A DNA stretch of 64,000 bases, taken from an uncultured bacterium. Its GTDB lineage: Bacteria > Acidobacteriota > HRBIN11 > JAKEFK01. A program made the position numbers and the translations under genes. The notes under the pieces are model-generated. The model had not been told where the DNA came from and ran no database searches. It was given only the letters and a program-made list of their open reading frames with translations. Each line of letters starts with the position of its first letter. Within the stretch, counting starts at the first letter, position 1. The DNA is taken from the NCBI GenBank assembly GCA_963777505.1, contig CAVZQN010000001.1, positions 96,001 through 160,000 on the forward strand, written 5' to 3'. Positions 9,703 through 19,424 of the stretch are shown piece by piece.

Positions 9703-11742
9703 ATGCTTGAGTATATCTGGCTGATTCCTGTCTTACCTGCTATTGGTGCGCTGCTGAATGGATTATTTGGAAAGCGCTTACCAAAGTTTGTCATTCATTC
9801 CATTGCCTGCGGTACAGTTTTTTTAGCGTTCGTTCTTTCGATTGTCTGTGTCGCCGAACTTTCAGGAATGCAGACTCATGTTTACGAAACGACTCTCTAC
9901 AACTGGATTCCCGGCGGTTCAACAATTCTGAATAAAGGTCCGAATGCGGGCCAACGTGCTGAATTAAATATCCCCCTCGGCTTTTTATTGGATCCTCTTT
10001 CCTCAGTCATGATTCTGATCGTTACAGGGGTAGGTTTTCTTATCCATATATATTCGATCGGCTATATGGCTCATGAAGATGGTTACTACCGCTTCTTTAC
10101 ATACCTGAATTTATTCATGTTCGCTATGTTGTTGCTCGTGCTTGGAAACAACTTTCTTACGATGTTTGTAGGCTGGGAAGGTGTCGGTCTTTGTTCGTAT
10201 TTATTAATCGGATTTTATTTCGAACGTAAGTCTGCAGCCGATGCGGGCAAAAAAGCATTTATCGTAAATCGGATTGGTGATTTCGGTTTTGTTCTGGGGG
10301 TCCTTGCGATTTTTTCAGTATTTGGATCGCTTGGATTTACCGATGTGATGCAGCGTGCACCTCAAGTTTTGCATTATGGCGAATCTCTTGTGATGATGAT
10401 CACCCTTGCATTGTTTGTCGGTGCTACAGGAAAATCTGCGCAGATTCCGCTTTATGTGTGGCTTCCAGATGCGATGGAAGGCCCGACACCAGTCAGTGCA
10501 TTAATCCATGCAGCAACGATGGTGACGGCTGGCGTTTACATGATTGCACGATGCAGTCCTCTGTTTTCACTTGCTCCGGGAACGCTGCAAATTGTTGCAA
10601 CCATCGGCGCCCTCACAGCGATTTTTGCAGCTTCCATTGGCCTTGTGCAAAGAGATATTAAGCGCGTTCTTGCCTATTCAACCGTAAGCCAGCTTGGATT
10701 TATGTTTCTTGCGATGGGGGTCGGAGCTTACGCTGTCGGAATTTTCCATTTGATGACTCATGCATTTTTCAAAGCACTGCTCTTTCTTGGAGCCGGCAGC
10801 GTCATTCACGCGATGAGCGGCGAACAAGATCTGATGAAAATGGGTTCCTTAAAAAATCACATTCCAACAACATTCAAGACAATGTTGGTTGGCGCTATAG
10901 CCATTGCAGGAATCCCTCCCCTGGCAGGATTTTTCAGCAAAGACGAAATTCTGTGGCTTTCGTTTCAGAAAAATTGGGTATTCTGGCTTATTGGAATTAC
11001 TGCCGCAACGATGACTGCGTTTTATATGTTCCGTCTAATCTTTCTTGCTTTTTATGGAAAGCCGCGAATGGATCATCACACACAAGAGCACATCCACGAA
11101 TCACCACGATCGATGACAATTCCGCTGATCATTCTTGCATTCCTTTCCATCATCGGTGGTTGGGTTGGAATTCCGAAAGCATTACACATCCCGAGTATTC
11201 CTTTTGATTTCTATCACTGGCTTGAACCCGTTACGGGATCACCGCATGCTGCGGGTGCTGCGCATGATTCTGCAACAATGGAATATCTGTTGATGATTTC
11301 ATCTGTAGCCGTTGCAGGTGCAGGTATCTGGCTTGCGTATCGAATGTATATACAGAAACCTGAAGTAACACAATTTATGGCTGCAAGTTTTCCACGGCTC
11401 CATAATCTGTTGTACAACAAGTATTACATTGATGAAATCTATAATGCTGTAATCATTCAGCCAATCAAAAAGCTTTGCCTTGCGCTATCATGGTTTGACC
11501 TGAACTTCATTGATGGAATTGTGAATGGAAGCGCATTTGTAACTTTGAAAACCGCAATCGTCGCAGTTTGGGTTGACATTAATGTTGTCGATTTGCTTGT
11601 GAACCTTGCTGGAGCCATTGTAAGTTTCGTCGGTGGTTTGCTGCGCCGTATCCAAACAGGGCTTGTACAAAATTATGGACTGATCAGCCTTTATATGTTT
11701 TTTATTCTGCTGGCGGTCTATCTCGTTTTTTATACTAAATAG
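9703..11742 (+). CDS. nuoL: NADH-quinone oxidoreductase subunit L
   Basis: FVGWEGVGLCSYLLIGF, NRIGD, GKSAQIPLYVWLPDAMEGPTPVSALIHAATMV, HAFFKALLFL. Confidence 0.96.
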   Translation: MLEYIWLIPVLPAIGALLNGLFGKRLPKFVIHSIACGTVFLAFVLSIVCVAELSGMQTHVYETTLYNWIPGGSTILNKGPNAGQRAELNIPLGFLLDPLSSVMILIVTGVGFLIHIYSIGYMAHEDGYYRFFTYLNLFMFAMLLLVLGNNFLTMFVGWEGVGLCSYLLIGFYFERKSAADAGKKAFIVNRIGDFGFVLGVLAIFSVFGSLGFTDVMQRAPQVLHYGESLVMMITLALFVGATGKSAQIPLYVWLPDAMEGPTPVSALIHAATMVTAGVYMIARCSPLFSLAPGTLQIVATIGALTAIFAASIGLVQRDIKRVLAYSTVSQLGFMFLAMGVGAYAVGIFHLMTHAFFKALLFLGAGSVIHAMSGEQDLMKMGSLKNHIPTTFKTMLVGAIAIAGIPPLAGFFSKDEILWLSFQKNWVFWLIGITAATMTAFYMFRLIFLAFYGKPRMDHHTQEHIHESPRSMTIPLIILAFLSIIGGWVGIPKALHIPSIPFDFYHWLEPVTGSPHAAGAAHDSATMEYLLMISSVAVAGAGIWLAYRMYIQKPEVTQFMAASFPRLHNLLYNKYYIDEIYNAVIIQPIKKLCLALSWFDLNFIDGIVNGSAFVTLKTAIVAVWVDINVVDLLVNLAGAIVSFVGGLLRRIQTGLVQNYGLISLYMFFILLAVYLVFYTK

Positions 11743-11753
11743 GAGTCGAAGAA

Positions 11754-13292
11754 ATGCCTGAAAGTTATCAATTCAGCAACGTTCTGAACTTTCCGATCCT
11801 GTCGCTGATCACTTTCCTGCCGCTTGCAGGTGCGATCATCATTATCTTTTTCTTGTCAAAAGATGGGTTGATCAAGTGGTTTGCAAACATCGTTGCTTTC
11901 GCAGACATGGCACTTTCCTTCGTTTTAATTCCTTATTTTGAATCCGGCACATTAACGATGCAGTTTTCCGAACGTTATAAATGGATTCCACAGCTTGGAG
12001 TCGAATATTTGGTAGGAATTGATGGGATTAGTTATCTGCTGCTTTTGTTGACAACGATTCTTGGATTTATTGCAATCCTTTCTTCGTGGAGCGCGATCAC
12101 CACACGGGTCAAAGAGTATTACATATTCATGTTGATCTTGCAGACAGGAATGATGGGCGTTTTTGTCGCGCTTGATTTTGTACTGTTTTACATTTTCTGG
12201 GAAGTCATGCTTGTGCCGATGTATTTCTTAATCGGCGTTTGGGGCGGACCACGAAAACTTTATGCTGCCATCAAATTCTTCCTATATACATTCCTTGGCT
12301 CAGTGCTAATGCTGTTAGGTATCCTTACGCTTTATTTTTATAACCAGAGTGTTACCGGAACCTATACGTTCAACATCCTTGAACTGATGAAAATCGGATT
12401 ACCCGGTCATATTCAATATTGGGTTTTCCTTGCGTTCTTTGTCGGGTTTGCGATCAAAGTTCCGATGTTTCCATTTCATACGTGGCTCCCGGATGCTCAC
12501 GTTGAAGCTCCAACAGCAGGGTCGGTCATTCTGGCTGGTGTTTTGTTGAAAATGGGAACGTATGGATTTGTTCGTTTTGCACTCCCCTTCTTTCCTGAAG
12601 CGACGGTCCAATTGCTCCCATGGATGCTAGCACTTTCAGTCATTGGAATTATTTACGGAGCGTTGGTTGCAATGATGCAGCCGGATATGAAAAAGCTGAT
12701 TGCGTATTCCAGTGTGAGCCATCTTGGTTTCTGTATGCTGGGAGTCTTTGTTTTAAACGAGCCGGGCATCAACGGCGCAGTGATGCAAATGCTAAATCAT
12801 GGGATCAGCACAGGAGCGCTTTTCTTGATCGTTGGTTTGATTTATGAACGCCGGCATACACGAATGATCAAAGATCTCAGTGGTCTAAGTTCACGAATGC
12901 CTGTTTATGCAGCGATCTATGCAATTATCACGATGTCTTCGATCGGCTTGCCTGGCTTAAATGGTTTTATTGGTGAATTCCTTGTGCTGCAAGGAACATG
13001 GTTACATCCGGAATATTGGTGGCTTGCATTTTTCGCAGCTACCGGAATGGTGTTGGGCGCTGCATACATGTTGTGGTTATATCAGCGCGTAATGTTTGGA
13101 AAAGCAGAAGGCGAAAATGCGGAAGTCATGGACCTGAATTTCCGCGAGAAAGCAACTCTACTTCCTCTCGTCGCATTGGCATTCTGGATTGGAATTTATC
13201 CGGCTCCATTTTTGAAAATTATCGAAAAGCCAGTGAAGTTCATCGTCCAGCATTACGAAGAATCAAATAAACAATACCTGGCCGAGAGATAA
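11754..13292 (+). CDS. nuoM: NADH-quinone oxidoreductase subunit M
   Basis: FYIFWEVML, IKVPMFPFHTWLPDAHVEAPT, LLKMGTYG, GLPGLNGFIGE. Confidence 0.96.
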   Translation: MPESYQFSNVLNFPILSLITFLPLAGAIIIIFFLSKDGLIKWFANIVAFADMALSFVLIPYFESGTLTMQFSERYKWIPQLGVEYLVGIDGISYLLLLLTTILGFIAILSSWSAITTRVKEYYIFMLILQTGMMGVFVALDFVLFYIFWEVMLVPMYFLIGVWGGPRKLYAAIKFFLYTFLGSVLMLLGILTLYFYNQSVTGTYTFNILELMKIGLPGHIQYWVFLAFFVGFAIKVPMFPFHTWLPDAHVEAPTAGSVILAGVLLKMGTYGFVRFALPFFPEATVQLLPWMLALSVIGIIYGALVAMMQPDMKKLIAYSSVSHLGFCMLGVFVLNEPGINGAVMQMLNHGISTGALFLIVGLIYERRHTRMIKDLSGLSSRMPVYAAIYAIITMSSIGLPGLNGFIGEFLVLQGTWLHPEYWWLAFFAATGMVLGAAYMLWLYQRVMFGKAEGENAEVMDLNFREKATLLPLVALAFWIGIYPAPFLKIIEKPVKFIVQHYEESNKQYLAER

Positions 13293-13317
13293 CTTACCGC
13301 AAAGGCTCAAGTGAAAT

Positions 13318-13557
13318 ATGTGGAAGGTTGATGCGCGCTGGCTTCGTGATTATGCTGACTACTTTTACATGGGGTTAATGTTTCCATCCTGCATTGCAGT
13401 TGGAGCCGCAATGGGGTGGGTAGTCGATCACTTTCTTTCCACTGATCCTTGGGGTAAACTCGCAGGCTTCCTTTTCGGAGTGGTTGCAGGATTTGTAAAC
13501 TTTATTCGCGATTATCAGAAGCTACAACGAAAGAAAAATGAACCCAAGAAATATTAA
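13318..13557 (+). CDS. atpZ: AtpZ/AtpI-family (ATPase gene 1) protein
   Basis: GxxxGWxVD...T.PW...GFLFGVVAGF; precedes atpI-atpB. Confidence 0.85.
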   Translation: MWKVDARWLRDYADYFYMGLMFPSCIAVGAAMGWVVDHFLSTDPWGKLAGFLFGVVAGFVNFIRDYQKLQRKKNEPKKY

Positions 13558-13903
13558 GAAACTGGCTATCATTCTTCCAACACTGGCGCTGGCCGTTCTG
13601 GTAGTTCAACGAAATTATGATTGGATCTTCGGTTTGATGATCGGCTCTGCTCTTGCATTCTCATCTTGCGAACTGATTCAGAAGGCAGTTGCAAATAGTT
13701 TTGTCCGGAAATCAACGAGGTCTGGAACTTTCTTTTTGATTGGATTTTTCTTCCGGTTTGTTTTCTTTGCAATTTTGCTTTATTTTGCGATCGTGTATTT
13801 CAAAATAAATCCTATTGCAATTGCTGTCAGTTTCAGCATAATACAAATCTTCTATCCTCTTTATCTTGTGAAATCATTGGAGAAACGGAATCAGCATGTT
13901 TGA
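13538..13903 (+). CDS. atpI: ATP synthase protein I
   Basis: Four TM segments, FFRF motif, position immediately before atpB. Confidence 0.75.
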   Translation: MNPRNIKKLAIILPTLALAVLVVQRNYDWIFGLMIGSALAFSSCELIQKAVANSFVRKSTRSGTFFLIGFFFRFVFFAILLYFAIVYFKINPIAIAVSFSIIQIFYPLYLVKSLEKRNQHV

Positions 13904-14660
13904 ACATAAGATACCTTATATCGAGTGGTTGACAGCTAAGTTTTATGCGATCACTGAGAGCTTGGGGTTGCATCTTCCCCATAAACCTCTGGACCATGTC
14001 TGGATGGTGCTGTTTATAGTGGTGTTTTATGCAATTTTCTTCACCCTCTATAAGAAGAAGCTCAATATTTATCCGACTTTTATCCAGCAACTACTTGAAG
14101 CCTATTTCAGCTTCATTGAGGGCTTAACGAAAGACATTATCGGACCTCAAGGAAAACGTTATATCCCCCTTCTTGGTACGCTTGGGTTGTTCATTTTGAC
14201 AGGAAATTTGCTGGGATTGATTCCAATTTTCAAATCTCCGACAGCAAATATCAGTGTCACGTTTGCATGTGCAATAACAGTTTTTGTTTATTATCATGCT
14301 CAAGGAATTCGAGAACAAGGTGTGCTGAATTACTTGAAACACTTCGCAGGTCCTGTACCCTGGCTTGCGATCATTTTTGTTCCGATCGAGATCATCAGTC
14401 ACTTTGCGCGGCCCCTTTCATTATCACTACGATTGTTTGGAAATATCTTTGGTGAAGATACAATCATTTTGATCTTGTTTGGACTTTTTCCATTATTTGT
14501 ACCATTGCCGATGATGTGTCTTGCAGTTTTTACAAGTTTGATTCAAACTCTTGTGTTCTTGATGCTTTCTTCCGTGTATATTGCGGGTGCAATCGCGCAC
14601 GAGCATGCGCATGAAGAGCATGAGGATCATGGCGCGGAAATGGTTCCAGCGCCCGCTTAA
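13896..14660 (+). CDS. atpB: F0 ATP synthase subunit a
   Basis: NLLGLIP, SPTAN, RPLSLSLRLFGNIFG, IQTLVF. Confidence 0.96.
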   Translation: MFEHKIPYIEWLTAKFYAITESLGLHLPHKPLDHVWMVLFIVVFYAIFFTLYKKKLNIYPTFIQQLLEAYFSFIEGLTKDIIGPQGKRYIPLLGTLGLFILTGNLLGLIPIFKSPTANISVTFACAITVFVYYHAQGIREQGVLNYLKHFAGPVPWLAIIFVPIEIISHFARPLSLSLRLFGNIFGEDTIILILFGLFPLFVPLPMMCLAVFTSLIQTLVFLMLSSVYIAGAIAHEHAHEEHEDHGAEMVPAPA

Positions 14661-14709
14661 ATCTGAATCTAATATCTGAAATCTGAAATCCATATTTGGG
14701 GGTTTACAA

Positions 14710-15033
14710 GTGGCAAAGAAGATCCTGCTTCTATTTTTTATGTTTTCGCTCTTCGCATTAGTTCAGCCGGCTATGGCTCAAGGTACGGCAACGGATACCG
14801 TATCCATTAATAAATGGATTGCGATAGCCTGCGCATTCGGTCTTGGCCTTGCGTCGGCTGCCTGTGGTATTGCTCAGAGCATCGCGATCCGTGCCGCAGT
14901 AGATGGCATTGCAAGAAATCCAGGCGCGGCAGATAACATCCGTGGCGCTTTGATCATTGGTCTCGCACTGATTGAATCATTGGTCATCTACGTTCTTTTG
15001 ATCGCCTTTATGCTTTATTTCAAATGGGCATAA
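14710..15033 (+). CDS. atpE: F0 ATP synthase subunit c with signal-peptide-like N-terminal extension
   Basis: GIARNPG loop, IESLVIY carboxylate helix. Confidence 0.95.
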   Translation: MAKKILLLFFMFSLFALVQPAMAQGTATDTVSINKWIAIACAFGLGLASAACGIAQSIAIRAAVDGIARNPGAADNIRGALIIGLALIESLVIYVLLIAFMLYFKWA

Positions 15034-15049
15034 GCTAATTTTTTTCAGG

Positions 15050-15075
15050 GGGGCCGTTTCATGCGGCCCCTTTTT
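15050..15075 (+). terminator. rho-independent terminator after atpE
   Basis: GGGGCCG-tttcatg-CGGCCCC followed by TTTTT. Confidence 0.85.
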
Positions 15076-15286
15076 GTTTAGCAAGGAGAAGTCTTCAAAA
15101 TTATTTCAACATCTGCAAGAAAAAGGAATTTCGGAACAAGACTTGAATCGGATAAAATCACCTGCCGGCTTGGAACTCGGAGCACTTTATTTTGCTGCCT
15201 TCACTGGAAAGAAACTTTCGAAAAATCTCCAGCTCAATATGCTTGATATGAATTACAAGGATCCCTAGCTCTCCAATCGTAAAAAT

Positions 15287-15661
15287 GTGAAAACAAAAAA
15301 GACTCTACCAAATGATATTGACCAGTACATTGCTGGGTTTCCAAAGAATGTTCAGGAAATTCTGGAAAAGATTAGAATCACGATCCGGAAAGCTGCGCCT
15401 GAAGCCGGAGAAAAAATCAGTTATCAAGTACCAACGTTTACTCTCAGTGGTAATCTGGTTCATTTTGCTGCTTTCAAAAATCATATTGGGTTCTATCCAG
15501 GGCCTTCAGGAATTAGAAAATTCAAGAAAGAGTTATCGGCCTACAAAGGAGCTAAGGGTTCCGTGCAATTTCCACTGGATCAAAAAATTCCGTTCAATTT
15601 GATCACCCAAATTGTAAAGTTCAGGGTAAAAGAGAATCTCGACCGATCTGCTGCTAAATAG
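15287..15661 (+). CDS. DUF1801/YdhG-like (iron chaperone-like) protein
   Basis: IDQYIAGFP...IRKAAPEAGEKISYQVPTF...HFAAFKNHIGFYP...KGSVQFP. Confidence 0.88.
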   Translation: MKTKKTLPNDIDQYIAGFPKNVQEILEKIRITIRKAAPEAGEKISYQVPTFTLSGNLVHFAAFKNHIGFYPGPSGIRKFKKELSAYKGAKGSVQFPLDQKIPFNLITQIVKFRVKENLDRSAAK

Positions 15662-15699
15662 AAGAAAGGAGAATGAGACCTGGTTATTTTTTTAGAAGC

Positions 15700-16224
15700 T
15701 CACTTCTGGATCGGAAGTTTATGAAATTCTCCTTGGACAGTGAGCTTTTGCGATGCATCAAAACCGGCTTGGGCAGTAAATTGAAAATTGCCGGAGAACT
15801 CCGGCCCAGCTGAAGTTAAGTTCAGTGTTCCTTCGGCTTTCAAGCAAACGATTTCCGGGCTGCTGAATGTGGCACCTGCGCCCGTAACTTTTCCGGTGCC
15901 ATCAAAAATCTCTTCATATGCGCCCAACTTATGTGTGCCTGCTTGAGTTTTTGCCGGCAACATAATCAACACTGAAGTTACCGGCGTATCCCCTTCCTGC
16001 GGTTTGATGAGTTGAATCCCCCAATCTCCGCCAGGAGATCGAAATACATGCGCTTTTCCTGAAAATTTCAAATGAACATGACCGGATACTTCCGCAGAAA
16101 ATGTACCGGGCTGAAGTGAAACTTTTGCCGCTTGTTCCGCAGCATAACACTCTAGACTCAAAGACAGCACAATTAGAGAACAGAACAAAACACTTTTCCA
16201 GTTCAAGTGAAGATCCTCAATCAA
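15700..16224 (-). CDS. hypothetical secreted beta-rich protein
   Basis: Signal-peptide-like N-terminus; starts just after the TonB receptor stop codon. Confidence 0.65.
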   Translation of the reverse strand: MIEDLHLNWKSVLFCSLIVLSLSLECYAAEQAAKVSLQPGTFSAEVSGHVHLKFSGKAHVFRSPGGDWGIQLIKPQEGDTPVTSVLIMLPAKTQAGTHKLGAYEEIFDGTGKVTGAGATFSSPEIVCLKAEGTLNLTSAGPEFSGNFQFTAQAGFDASQKLTVQGEFHKLPIQK

Positions 16225-16230
16225 CCGTAG

Positions 16231-18654
16231 CTACCAGCTGTACGAAACGCTACCAAGAGCGCGTCGCCCAAGAAGATCGCCACCGAACGCTTCCCAGTGC
16301 TCATTGTCAATCAAATTCGCTACATTGACACCGACTTTCCAATGGTCAGTAATGAGATAATTGCCGACCACATCAACTGTTGTGTAAGACTCCACATCAC
16401 CCTGAAATGGCCCAACTCCCCAGCGGAAATCATCGACCCAGCGAAGTGTAAATCCTGCATCCCACCGTGGCTGACGATAACCTAAACCAACAGCAAACTT
16501 GTTCTCCGGAGAATTAGGAAGTAGGATCCGGTCCAGGCCCGGCTGGGAATCACGGATTTCGAAGTCAAACCAGGAATAGCTAAAAGACGCCGTCCAATCG
16601 TCCTGAAAATAATAGTTAACTGCTATATCGATCCCCTGCGTGTCTACTTTACCGAAATTTGTATAAGAAGCAGCTGCAAAATATTAGATCCATCTAAATT
16701 ATTCGAAAGCAGCGGAACTTGCGCACGGATCGCTGCTTCAACAGCATCCGGTAGTCCAGCAGGACCCTCCCAAGGTCCAAAATTTGGATTGATGCGCCCA
16801 AGTGCGGTTCCAAGTTGAGGCAGTAGATCAGTAATGAAGTTATCCGAAACTGCATTATAGTAATCGACCGTTAGAAACACTTTGTTTTTAAGAATTCCAC
16901 TGTAACCTATTTCCCAACTTTTTATCTTTTCCACTTCCAGATCGACGTTTCCCAAGGCAAGTGCCCGGGTAATGCCAAAGCCGCAATCCACACCAAAAGG
17001 TGTGCAAAATGCATTCAATGCTGAGAGATTGACTGGAGCTGCAGCATCAGCCTGCAAGAAAAATTCAGAATAGTTCGCTACCTGGAAAGCGCGATTGTAG
17101 GTAAAACGAAGGACGTTGTCTCGATTTACGGAATAAACAAGTGCACCTTTCGGGGAAAACTGCTCATCATGTAAGCTGCTAAAATCACCACGTGCTGCTA
17201 ATACTAACTTTAGCGAATCTAAAATGTGATACTCGAACTGGCCAAAAATAGCTTGCGAATCAGACTCAACAGGTTCGAAGATCAGTGTCTCCCGGTTTAA
17301 ATCCTCATCAAAACTGTCAATATTTTCTACGCCGGCGGATGCTCCAGCAATAATTCTGATTGAATCTCCGAAGCTCCAATTCGTCTGACCCTCTACAACA
17401 AAGTTTGACTCATCAAGCACCAGGTTAGAGCCTGAGCTGAGAGCCAACTGGCGGTCGGCCTTGCGGCCATTATAGTAAGTCAGAATGTTGAATCGTTCGC
17501 CGCTGAAACTGGCACGGAACCATGGACGTTGCGCCTCAACAACTTGAACGCGTCCGATCCCCGTCTGAAATAGTGGACCGGCGATGTCTGCATACCCACC
17601 TTCAGCAGTTAACACCATATCATCACCAAAATATTTATCGATTCGCGCCCCAAAAAAATAAATGTCGTCATTATCTTCCCTCTCTAGAGGAACGCGCTCT
17701 TGGGGTAAGCAGTCTGTAGTAATCGCAGGTGGAGCACATGGACGCGAATATTCTGCCTGGCCGTTCCGAGAAACAGCGAAGTCTCCAGTATTACGAGAAC
17801 CGGCTACAGTTTTGGCATACCAATCACCACCCAGTGAGCCAGCCCAACGGAAGTCGAAGTTAACAGTATCGAGTTCACCTCCTGTAAACCGCAAAAAACC
17901 TCCCTGGCTGTAACGTGGAGGCTTTGTCGTTATGTTGATAACGCCGCTGGATGCGTTCGCACCATATAGCGCGGCACTCGGACCACGAAGATACTTCGAG
18001 AGTTGCGATATCATCGAGTGGAAATGAGATAGCAGCCCACTCCTGTGAACCGAGAAATGGCACCGCAGGATCGCGGCCATCGACAAGAGTTGCTACACGC
18101 CGATTCAAAGAACTATTGAAGCCGCGAGTATTGAAGTTGTAATCGTAAAGTCCACTCTGAGTTACTTCGGCTCCTGGAGTAAATTCAAGCAGCTTTGGAA
18201 CTTGTCCAGTCGCAGCTTTTTGTTGGATCTCCTCTTCACTCACACTGGTTATTGCTGCAGGAGCTTCAACGATTCGTTCAACCTCGCGAGAGGCAGAAGT
18301 TACTGTAATACTTTCTGCAATTCCAGCCACCCAATCAACATTCTGTTCCAATTCCGTTGTGGCATCTGCGGTCACAGAAACGTCGGGAACTGTAGTTGTG
18401 TTTTCACCGAGCGCAAGAGTAATCGAGTACGCACCTTCAGGAACATCATTTAAAAAGAACGCACCGTTCGCATCAGTGATATCAGTGGCACCAATTTCGT
18501 TGAGAACTACGCTAACGCCGGCCACTCCACTCCCATCCGCGCGAATCACGCGACCTTTGATGCGACCATTTCCCTGTTGAGAGAAAGCGTAATCTGAGGT
18601 GAGGATGCTAACAACAAAGAGTGAAGCAATAAAAAGCCAGCAGAATCGGTTCAT
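16231..18654 (-). CDS. TonB-dependent receptor with N-terminal carboxypeptidase-regulatory-like domain (2 frameshifts)
   Basis: ORF pieces 17875..18654 (ITVTSASR, plug RGFN), 16644..18086 (GPSAALYGANA, barrel) and a manually read third piece ending ...GGDLLGRRALGSVSYSW* at 16231; GGAGG before ATG 18654. Confidence 0.88.
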
Positions 18655-18800
18655 CTTTCCTCCATCTGACTGCGATGCTTTAAATCTTTTGCCGATGTTA
18701 ACACAGCAGTAACATATGGACAATTGCTAACAACAGTTGATTTTGGCAGCTGGGGTGCGTTCGGTTATCATCCTTGAAATGAAATCTCCGATCATCGGCA

Positions 18801-19424
18801 GTGGGCATAGCATTCACCGCAGTTATTGCAATCGTTTCAATCTACGTGTGGCCCAGCGTCCCCTGGATCTATTACATTTTCAAACCAGCAACTACGATCC
18901 TCATTCTGCTGCTTGCACTCTCCGCCCCAAACAACCGATACAAAATTGCAATCGTAATCGGACTTTTTTTCGCTTTGATGGGGGACATCTTTCTGATGCT
19001 TCCTTCGGATCAATTCATGGCGGGATTAATATGTTTCCTGATCACTCACATTTGTTACAGCGTTGCATTTTTGTCTGATTCAAAATTTGGACGGCCGGTC
19101 TGGACATATCTGCTGCTTGCAACGGTTGGAGTTTTGATTTTTAACGTGCTATCAAAACACATTGAGCCAGCGATGAAATTGCCTGTAGCAATTTATGCGG
19201 CCGCTTTGTGTTTTATGACTTCTCAGGCGATTGCACGAAACTTACAGCATCGAAAGAAAGGCTCATTGATTGCTTCTATCGGTGCTGTTCTGTTTCTGAT
19301 TTCCGATACAATTCTTGCATATGACAGGTTTGTTTTTGTCTATGTCATTTCGCAGGCAATTATTTTAGCCACTTATTTTATGGCTCAATATTTGATTGCT
19401 TTAAGCACAAAGATGCAGAGTTAG
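18801..19424 (+). CDS. YhhN/lysoplasmalogenase-family membrane protein
   Basis: FKP, GDIFL, FLITHICY, LFLISD, TYFMAQ; the true start may lie slightly upstream. Confidence 0.88.
   Translation: MGIAFTAVIAIVSIYVWPSVPWIYYIFKPATTILILLLALSAPNNRYKIAIVIGLFFALMGDIFLMLPSDQFMAGLICFLITHICYSVAFLSDSKFGRPVWTYLLLATVGVLIFNVLSKHIEPAMKLPVAIYAAALCFMTSQAIARNLQHRKKGSLIASIGAVLFLISDTILAYDRFVFVYVISQAIILATYFMAQYLIALSTKMQS

Noticed and set aside
15074-15268. 64-aa ORF after atpE
   Set aside because: TTG start lies within the terminator U-tract, no RBS, no recognisable motif; possibly a gene remnant.
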